Shown here in pieces: positions 1-6,373 of a stretch of 20,000 bases of DNA; position 1 is the first letter of the stretch; every line of letters begins with the position of its first letter. The position numbers and the translations under genes are program-made. The notes beneath the pieces are model-generated. The model saw only the letters and a list, made by a program, of their open reading frames with translations, had not been told where the DNA came from and searched no databases. This DNA is from an uncultured virus (IMG/VR IMGVR_UViG_3300037631_003085) (Duplodnaviria; Heunggongvirae; Uroviricota; Caudoviricetes), in the IMG/VR virus record IMGVR_UViG_3300037631_003085. One strand, 5' to 3'.

Positions 1-2
1 AT

Positions 3-449
3 GAGGCTAATGTAACATCTAATATGGATGGGGGAGCAGGCCCACCTAAAACTCCTAACGCATTTGCAAAGAGTGAAGATGAAGATGATTTGGATACTGA
101 CCACATAGAGGTACTTGGTTATAAAAAACCAAAGAAAACAAAAAAGATAAATACGGAGTCTAAAACTATGAAGAAATTAGAAGATAAGCTAGAACGTATA
201 ATCGAAGCTACTTATAGAGATTACAAAAAAGATGACTCTATGAAGGCACATCAAAAAGTAAATAAATCTATCAAAGAGATTAATCGAATGATGTACGAAG
301 TTGAAAAGATTGTAAATCAGAACACTAAGTTAAAAAATGAAATGGGTGTATCTAATGAACAATATTGGAAGTCTACACAAAAAAGATTCGGTAAGATTTC
401 AGAAAGAATGTTAAAAGTTGCTCGTAACTTAAAAGAATTGAGCGCATAG
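3..449 (+). CDS. Hypothetical phage protein, probably 5'-truncated by the window edge; predicted helical/coiled-coil C-terminus
   Basis: The frame is open from position 3 (EANVTSN-MDGGAGPPKTPNAF...), upstream of the ATG at 24, and ends at TAG 447-449. It is tightly packed against the next ORF. Confidence 0.75.
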   Translation, partial: EANVTSNMDGGAGPPKTPNAFAKSEDEDDLDTDHIEVLGYKKPKKTKKINTESKTMKKLEDKLERIIEATYRDYKKDDSMKAHQKVNKSIKEINRMMYEVEKIVNQNTKLKNEMGVSNEQYWKSTQKRFGKISERMLKVARNLKELSA

Positions 450-450
450 T

Positions 451-591
451 ATGTCGTGTGGGTGTAATAAAAATAAATTAAACGAAGACCTCGAAGTACA
501 AGACCTCGAAGATATCAGACTATTGATACGTAGAGAACTTGCAAGAGTGTTCTTTGATTTATATCGTAAGAAAAAGGTGTGGGAAAACTAA
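451..591 (+). CDS. Small hypothetical protein, 46 aa (not in ORF track)
   Basis: MSCGCNKNKLNEDLEVQDLEDIRLLIRRELARVFFDLYRKKKVWEN*. It starts 1 nt after the upstream TAG and ends 1 nt before the protease ATG, filling the gap exactly. Confidence 0.75.
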   Translation: MSCGCNKNKLNEDLEVQDLEDIRLLIRRELARVFFDLYRKKKVWEN

Positions 592-592
592 G

Positions 593-1231
593 ATGAAACA
601 ACTACTTGTAGATACAATGATATTTGAAGTAACACCTACTATGTTACAAGAAGCAAAGGACCAGACTGGTCGTTTCTTAGTAAATGGTGTGTTACAACGT
701 GCTGATGCTAAAAACCAAAATGGTAGAGTGTATCCACGTAACATCTTAGAACGTGAAGTAAAGAAATACCAAGGACGTGAAATCAAAGAGAATCGTGCTT
801 ATGGTGAATTGGACCATCCTGAAAGTGGTGTAGTCGAATTAAAGAACACATCACACATTATCCGTGAAGTATCATGGAATGGTGATGATGTTGTTGGAAC
901 AGTTGAAATACTAAATACACCAGCTGGAAAGATTTTACAAGAATTAGTAAAAGCTGGGTGTACTGTTGGTATCTCGTCAAGAGGTATGGGTTCCGTAAAA
1001 CAAATTGGTGAAGACACCGTCGCAGTAGAACAAGACTTTGATTTGATATGTTGGGACTTTGTTTCTAACCCATCAACTCATGGAGCATTTCTCTCACCAA
1101 CAAACGAGGGTACGATAAACGAATCGGTTACTGTTAAAAAGAATACTTATAAATACAATAAAGCTAACAATATGATGAGAGACATCATGTGTGAGGTTGG
1201 TGGATATTGTGAATGTGATTTTGGAGTATAA
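593..1231 (+). CDS. gp21: Prohead core protease (T4 gp21-like)
   Basis: Motifs NQNGRVYP, AYGELDHP (catalytic His), GISSRGMGS (catalytic Ser) and DFVSNPS. Lies upstream of scaffold and capsid genes. Start moved from TTG 539 to ATG 593 (MKQLLVD) because of the 451-591 ORF. Confidence 0.93.
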   Translation: MKQLLVDTMIFEVTPTMLQEAKDQTGRFLVNGVLQRADAKNQNGRVYPRNILEREVKKYQGREIKENRAYGELDHPESGVVELKNTSHIIREVSWNGDDVVGTVEILNTPAGKILQELVKAGCTVGISSRGMGSVKQIGEDTVAVEQDFDLICWDFVSNPSTHGAFLSPTNEGTINESVTVKKNTYKYNKANNMMRDIMCEVGGYCECDFGV

Positions 1232-2208
1232 TGAAAAATTTAAAAGAACTACTAAACGAATCTACATACAAACGTATGAAGATAAACGATGAAGAAACCC
1301 AAAAGGGAATGACTAACGAAGAAAAGCGTGAATTCCTTAAAGCTGTTTCTGAATACAAGAAATTCGGTGAGTCAATCTATCGTTCAGGTAATTTGGGAGA
1401 AGTATACGAATCTATTAAAGGTATCGTAGAGACTGCACACAAGGTAACTCTTGAGGAAACTGGAGATTGGTTTGACAAGGTAACTGTTGGTAGACACATG
1501 AAGTCTATGAATGAGTCATTCAAAGTATTTACTAATACAATCAAAGAAGTAAATACCCTACAACAAAGACTTGAGTCTTGTTACGATGAGATGGGTGAAG
1601 TTCTTGGTAAGTATTACGAAATCAAAGAAGGTAACGAATTCGGCGCTGCAAGAGCGAAAGCAATTGCTAATGGTGATGATGAGTTCGAAGTAGATGGTAA
1701 AGAATTTCCAGTAAAAGACGTTGATAAGGACGACAAGGAAAACGCTAAAGAATTCGCTAAAGAATCTGTAAATGAAGAATCGTCAATGAAGCTAACTGAT
1801 ATACTAAGTGAAAACAAATACTCAATCATAGACCCAAAGGGAAACCAAAAGGGTATTGGTACCAAAGACCAAGCAAATAAACTACAAAAGAAATTAGGTG
1901 GTTCTAAAAAAGGATACTTTGTAGTTGCTGCTAAATCGGCATTGAAAGCCAGAAGAGCAATGGAAAAGTATCAGTTTGATTTTAAAAACCCTAAACTTCA
2001 AGATAAGATGTCTGACCTTTACTTTGAATCAGTAACCGAAGATATTATTGGAGAAGGTGCTTCTAGCGAAGAAAAAAGAATTGTGATGTTGGCAGTTCGT
2101 AAAATATCAAAATATCGTCAAGTACCAATTAATATATCAGTTGTAGATGTATTAAGAGCTGCAGAAGAACTTGAAAGAGATATCAAAAAAGGTAAGGTTA
2201 AGAAATAA
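1231..2208 (+). CDS. Hypothetical head-associated protein, 325 aa (possible internal/core protein)
   Basis: TAATG overlap with the protease gene, K/E-rich, begins MKNLKELLNES. Function inferred from position only. Confidence 0.8.
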   Translation: MKNLKELLNESTYKRMKINDEETQKGMTNEEKREFLKAVSEYKKFGESIYRSGNLGEVYESIKGIVETAHKVTLEETGDWFDKVTVGRHMKSMNESFKVFTNTIKEVNTLQQRLESCYDEMGEVLGKYYEIKEGNEFGAARAKAIANGDDEFEVDGKEFPVKDVDKDDKENAKEFAKESVNEESSMKLTDILSENKYSIIDPKGNQKGIGTKDQANKLQKKLGGSKKGYFVVAAKSALKARRAMEKYQFDFKNPKLQDKMSDLYFESVTEDIIGEGASSEEKRIVMLAVRKISKYRQVPINISVVDVLRAAEELERDIKKGKVKK

Positions 2209-2366
2209 TGAATCGTGATTTAGAACGACTTCAAGAAATAAGTGTTGATTTTTCATCATTTATCAAAAAGAACCTTAAAAAGATTAAGAGGTTACCAGCC
2301 GATAAACAAAAAGAATTTGGAAATCTTATATCTGATTTTAAAGATGGTTTAGATAAAATGTCTTAA
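2208..2366 (+). CDS. Small hypothetical protein, 52 aa (not in ORF track)
   Basis: MNRDLERLQEISVDFSSFIKKNLKKIKRLPADKQKEFGNLISDFKDGLDKMS*. TAATG overlap with the upstream gene, AAGGT upstream of the start, followed by a terminator-like hairpin. Confidence 0.75.
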   Translation: MNRDLERLQEISVDFSSFIKKNLKKIKRLPADKQKEFGNLISDFKDGLDKMS

Positions 2367-2380
2367 TTAACTTTACAAAC

Positions 2381-2390
2381 ACTATTTATA
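2381..2390 (+). promoter_or_regulatory. Putative phage late-promoter motif (ACTATTTATA) upstream of bS21
   Basis: The identical 10-mer recurs at 6331 and 13924, each in an intergenic region upstream of a gene. Confidence 0.55.
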
Positions 2391-2422
2391 GACACCTATC
2401 GTTAGTTCGATGGGTGTTTTTT
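2391..2422 (+). terminator. Intrinsic terminator-like hairpin upstream of bS21
   Basis: GACACCTATCG-ttagtt-CGATGGGTGTT (11 bp including 2 G-U pairs) running into a T tract. Confidence 0.65.
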
Positions 2423-2440
2423 GTTTATTAAATAAAATAT

Positions 2441-2698
2441 ATGTCATACAAACGAGAAAAAAAAGTAAGAAAAGAACGTGAGGAGTTATTCCTATATGGT
2501 CATGCTAATGGTGTAAGGGTTATTAATAATAACATTGAAGCAGCACTTAGAAAGTGGAAACGTATTATGAAAGATAATGGTGTAATTGACCTTATCAAGC
2601 AAAATAGGGAATACACTAAACCGACTACACGTAAACGTAAACAAATGAATGATGCTAGACGAGCTGATTGGGTCCGTAGACAACAAGAAGCAAGATAA
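2441..2698 (+). CDS. rpsU: Phage-encoded 30S ribosomal protein bS21 homolog with an N-terminal extension
   Basis: GVRVINNNIEAALRKWKRIMKDNGVIDLIKQNREYTKPTTRKR fits the bS21 pattern (V....+E.AL+.+K+.....G+...++.+..Y.KP+..+). Small and basic. Location among head genes matches described bS21-carrying large phages. Confidence 0.88.
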   Translation: MSYKREKKVRKEREELFLYGHANGVRVINNNIEAALRKWKRIMKDNGVIDLIKQNREYTKPTTRKRKQMNDARRADWVRRQQEAR

Positions 2699-2730
2699 TA
2701 GTAAACACTTTATCGTTTATTGTAAAATTT

Positions 2731-2741
2731 ACATACTTATT
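2731..2741 (+). promoter_or_regulatory. Putative late-promoter motif (ACATACTTATT) upstream of the scaffold/capsid genes
   Basis: CATACTTAT also occurs at 5606 and 12228, both intergenic. Confidence 0.5.
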
Positions 2742-2837
2742 GTAAATTAATATCACTCCAATCTAATGAGTGATTCATATTATATTATTATATTCTATTA
2801 AGATTTAAAATAATCTTATTATCCAAAAGTTTAATTT

Positions 2838-2844
2838 AGGAGGT
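2838..2844 (+). promoter_or_regulatory. Strong Shine-Dalgarno site (AGGAGGT) of the scaffold gene
   Basis: tttAGGAGGTaacaaATG: a 7-nt anti-SD complement 5 nt before ATG 2850. Confidence 0.8.
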
Positions 2845-2849
2845 AACAA

Positions 2850-3911
2850 ATGAAATCAGATTTGTTAAAAGAAGCAATCGCCGATGCTAAAGCCGTAAAA
2901 GAAACTGCATTAGCAAACGCAAAAATGGCTCTCGAAGAGGCATTTACTCCAAAACTCCAATCTATGCTTTCTCATAAACTAGCTGAAGAGTTAGATGAAG
3001 AAGAAATCGAAGAAGACGAAATGGAAGAAATGATGAAATCCGAAACGGATGACGAAGTTTCTGAAATGGAAGATGAAATGAAATCTGAAGAGGAAGAAAT
3101 GGAAGAAGAGTTAGAATCAGATGAAGAAGAAGAGGTAGCTGATATCGCTTCTGACGAAATCGATTCTCACGAAGAGGAAATGCATTCTGAAGAAGAAGCT
3201 GACGAAGAAGCTGACGAAGAAGCTGAAGACGAAGCTCAAGTAGAAGATGAAGTAGAAGAGATGATGGATGAAGAGGAAGAAGATGAACTCGACCTTGAAT
3301 CAGTAATCGCTGAACTTGAAGCTGCTATGGAAGGTGAAGATTTAGACGAAGAAGAAGTTGAAGAAACTGAAGAAGTTGAAGAAACTGAAAAAGTTGAAGA
3401 AGTAATGGAATCAGAAGAAGAAGTTGAAGAGTCGGAAGAACTTGACGAAGAACTTTCTTTGGAAGAAATCATTTCTACTTTGAAAGAAATGTCTGAAGAA
3501 GAAGAAGTTGAAGAAACTTACGAATCGGAAGAAGTTGAAGAAGTAGAAGAATCAACGGAATTGGAAGAAGCATACGCTACTATCGAGTCGTTGAGAGGTA
3601 CTATCAATGAGGTAAACTTATTGAATGCTAAACTTCTTTACACTAACAAGTTGTTCAGAACATTCGACTTGAACGAAGGTCAGAAGATGAAAGTCATCGA
3701 AAACTTCGATAGAGCTGAATCTTTGAGAGAAGTAAAATTGGTATTCGCTACATTGGGTGAAAACTTGAATGTTGCAAGAAAACCAAAAACAGTTGTAAAA
3801 GAATCACTAGCGTCTAAGCCTATGGCATCGACTGCACCTAAGAAAGAAATCATTTCTGAAGGTAATGCTGTTGCTGATAGATTTAAGAAGCTTGCTGGTT
3901 TAATTAAATAA
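2850..3911 (+). CDS. Prohead core scaffold protein (T4 gp22-like position and composition)
   Basis: Very Glu-rich low-complexity middle, complex termini (LLKEAIADAKAVKETALANAK; NEVNLLNAKLLYTNKLF; RFKKLAGLIK), located immediately upstream of the major capsid gene. Confidence 0.82.
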   Translation: MKSDLLKEAIADAKAVKETALANAKMALEEAFTPKLQSMLSHKLAEELDEEEIEEDEMEEMMKSETDDEVSEMEDEMKSEEEEMEEELESDEEEEVADIASDEIDSHEEEMHSEEEADEEADEEAEDEAQVEDEVEEMMDEEEEDELDLESVIAELEAAMEGEDLDEEEVEETEEVEETEKVEEVMESEEEVEESEELDEELSLEEIISTLKEMSEEEEVEETYESEEVEEVEESTELEEAYATIESLRGTINEVNLLNAKLLYTNKLFRTFDLNEGQKMKVIENFDRAESLREVKLVFATLGENLNVARKPKTVVKESLASKPMASTAPKKEIISEGNAVADRFKKLAGLIK

Positions 3912-3941
3912 TTAAAAAACTAAAAGAAAAGGATTAATAAG

Positions 3942-5540
3942 ATGAACACAAATTCTCTATTAAACGAATCTGCTGGTTTCAACAAAAAAATGAGCGAAGA
4001 GGCTAAAGGCCTTGTAGCCAAGTGGGAAAAAACTGGTCTTTTGGAAGGCGTTGACGCTGACTTCGAAAGAGCAAGTATTGCTACATTGTTGGAAAACCAA
4101 GCAAAGCAATTAGTATCTGAAGCATCAAGCACAGGTACTGCTGCAAACTCTGAAGAGTGGGCCGGTGTCGCTCTTCCATTAGTAAGACGTATCTTCAGCG
4201 AAATCGCTGCAAAAGAATTCGTCTCAGTACAACCAATGAACCTACCTTCAGGTCTTGTATTCTATCTTGACTTCAAGTATGGTACTCCTCAGCCGGGTTT
4301 CGAAACTGGTGCTGGTAAGAATTCACAAACTGATTCAGTATTCGGTGTTACCGAAGTTGCTGGTGACGTTTCTGAAGGTCTTTATGGTGCAGGTCGTTTC
4401 GGATACTCTATCAATGAAGATGAGTCTGCTGCACAAGAGTTGGAAGCTGCTGTTGGAACAAACGATTACGCTACTGCATCGTTGGCAATGTCTGACATCA
4501 ACTACGATTCAGCATTCTCTCAATCAGTATGGGCTGTTCACGATACTGACCTCGTAACTGTTGCTATTCAAACTGCGTCTATCGCAAACTTCGATAGTGA
4601 AGGTGTACGTGCATTCTCACTCGAAGGTGTTGACGAGTACTACGCTGAGTACACTCGTTTAGCTGGTGAAAACATCGTATTCGTTGCTCGTGATACTGCA
4701 TTTGGTAATGTAACTGTTAAATATCAGAAACAACCAACTGACATCACTCGTGGTGACTTCGAAGACAAAACTGGTGCTGACATAGGTATTCCAGAATTGA
4801 ACGTAGAGCTACGCTCTGTACCAATCGTTGCTAAGACTCGTAAGTTGAAAGCACAATGGACGCCGGAATTCGCTCAAGATTTGAACGCATACCACTCAAT
4901 CGATGCTGAAGCTGAATTGACTTCAATGTTGTCTGAATACGTATCTCAAGAAATCGACCTCGAAATCTTAGATATGTTGATGGAAAACGCATTGACTGAA
5001 GGTCACTGGTCTGCTAAAGTAGGTTCTTCATGGAATGGTTCAGCATTTACTGCACCTGCAGCAAATGACGTACAACGTTACACTCAACAACAATGGTTCC
5101 AAACTCTTGGTACTGTTCTTCAGAGAGTATCTAACCAAATTCATGCTAAGACCATGAGAGGTGGAGCTAACTTTATGGTAGTTTCTCCTGACGTTGCAAC
5201 TATCTTGGAATCAATCCCAGGATTTGCTGCTAATGGTACTGGTGCTGATATGCAATTCGCAATGGGTGTATCTCAAGTAGGTTCATTCGCGAATCGTTAC
5301 CAAGTATACAAAAACCCATATTTGACATCTAATGTCGTATTGATGGGCTTCAAGGGTGCTCAATTCTTGGAAACTGGCGCAGTTTACGCTCCATACATTC
5401 CATTAATCATGACTCCGTTGGTATATGACCCAACAAACTTCACTCCAAGAAAAGGTGTAATGACACGTTACGCTAAGCAAATGGTAAGAGGTGAGTTCTA
5501 CGGTAAGGTATACGTTAATGGTTTAGAAACACTCGCATAG
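3942..5540 (+). CDS. gp23: Major capsid protein (T4 gp23-like)
   Basis: Motifs LLENQ, LPLVRR, VSVQPMNLPSGLVFYL, AKTRKLKAQWTPEFAQDLNAYHSIDAEAELT, YAPYIPL, FTPRKGVMTRY. Codon usage is strongly biased (TTC, AAC, CGT, ATC), as in highly expressed genes. Confidence 0.97.
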   Translation: MNTNSLLNESAGFNKKMSEEAKGLVAKWEKTGLLEGVDADFERASIATLLENQAKQLVSEASSTGTAANSEEWAGVALPLVRRIFSEIAAKEFVSVQPMNLPSGLVFYLDFKYGTPQPGFETGAGKNSQTDSVFGVTEVAGDVSEGLYGAGRFGYSINEDESAAQELEAAVGTNDYATASLAMSDINYDSAFSQSVWAVHDTDLVTVAIQTASIANFDSEGVRAFSLEGVDEYYAEYTRLAGENIVFVARDTAFGNVTVKYQKQPTDITRGDFEDKTGADIGIPELNVELRSVPIVAKTRKLKAQWTPEFAQDLNAYHSIDAEAELTSMLSEYVSQEIDLEILDMLMENALTEGHWSAKVGSSWNGSAFTAPAANDVQRYTQQQWFQTLGTVLQRVSNQIHAKTMRGGANFMVVSPDVATILESIPGFAANGTGADMQFAMGVSQVGSFANRYQVYKNPYLTSNVVLMGFKGAQFLETGAVYAPYIPLIMTPLVYDPTNFTPRKGVMTRYAKQMVRGEFYGKVYVNGLETLA

Positions 5541-5568
5541 TAGTACGTTTTTAAATTAAAACCAAATT

Positions 5569-5594
5569 AAGGGGGACTTCGGTCCCCCTTTTTT
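5569..5594 (+). terminator. Rho-independent terminator after the capsid gene, C(UUCG)G tetraloop
   Basis: AAGGGGGAC-TTCG-GTCCCCCTT followed by TTTT. Confidence 0.93.
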
Positions 5595-5605
5595 ATTGCC
5601 CAAGT

Positions 5606-5615
5606 CATACTTATA
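5606..5615 (+). promoter_or_regulatory. Putative late-promoter motif (CATACTTATA) upstream of phoH
   Basis: Identical 10-mer at 12228. It sits just after a terminator, where a new promoter would be needed. Confidence 0.55.
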
Positions 5616-5651
5616 CTAAAGTAATTGTTATATTAGTAAAGGACATCGAGT

Positions 5652-6314
5652 ATGCCAGAGAATACAGAAAAGAGAGTTCCGAAGGGGAATATAAAATTTT
5701 CAATAACGTTATCAGACGAGCAAAAGTTAACAAAGTCTGAGATTAGAAAACACCCATTTAGTTTTGTTTTAGGAAAGGCTGGTAGTGGTAAAACATTAGT
5801 GGCAGTCCAAATAGCTTTAGATTCGTTCTTTAAACGGGAAGTAAATAAGATAGTAATAACACGACCAACTGTTTCCAATGAGGATAATGGATTTCTACCA
5901 GGTTCACTCGAAGAAAAGATGGAACCTTGGTTAGTACCAATTCGTTCCAATATGAGAAAGGTTTATAACAAACCAGCCATTTTAGAAAAGATGGAAAAGG
6001 ATGAGAGTATTGAGTTGGTATCACTATCACACTTTAGAGGTAGAACATTTGACAACGCAATTGTTATAGTAGATGAGTTTCAAAACTTAACCAAACAACA
6101 ACTTGGTATGGTATTAGGTAGATTGGGTAAAAACTCTCGAATGATATTATGTGGAGATGGTCAGCAAATTGATTTAAAATTCAATAACGACTCTGCTATT
6201 CATGATGTACCAAAACTAAAAGAATCTACATTTGTACACACTGTTACCTTGAAAGATAATCATAGACACGAATCGTTAGATGAAGTTTTAAGATTATTAT
6301 ACTCTATTCAATAG
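5652..6314 (+). CDS. phoH: PhoH-family ATPase
   Basis: Walker A GKAGSGKT, ITRP, GFLPG.LEEKM.PW, FRGRTF, Walker B IVDEFQN, RLG..S.MI.CGD..QID. Confidence 0.95.
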   Translation: MPENTEKRVPKGNIKFSITLSDEQKLTKSEIRKHPFSFVLGKAGSGKTLVAVQIALDSFFKREVNKIVITRPTVSNEDNGFLPGSLEEKMEPWLVPIRSNMRKVYNKPAILEKMEKDESIELVSLSHFRGRTFDNAIVIVDEFQNLTKQQLGMVLGRLGKNSRMILCGDGQQIDLKFNNDSAIHDVPKLKESTFVHTVTLKDNHRHESLDEVLRLLYSIQ

Positions 6315-6330
6315 TTCTAATCAATTTGTT

Positions 6331-6340
6331 ACTATTTATA
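6331..6340 (+). promoter_or_regulatory. Putative late-promoter motif (ACTATTTATA)
   Basis: Same 10-mer as at 2381 and 13924, 33 nt before ATG 6374. Confidence 0.55.
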
Positions 6341-6373
6341 TATTGAGGAAACGGATAATTATCGGAGATTTAT

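Noticed and set aside
539..592. N-terminal extension of the protease given in the ORF track (TTG start)
   Set aside because: It overlaps a well-fitting 46-aa ORF (451-591). ATG 593 directly follows that stop.
3180..3560. Short tandem DNA repeats (GAAGAAGCTGAC, GAAGAAGTTGAAGAAACT) in the scaffold gene
   Set aside because: Explained by Glu-rich low-complexity coding typical of scaffold proteins.
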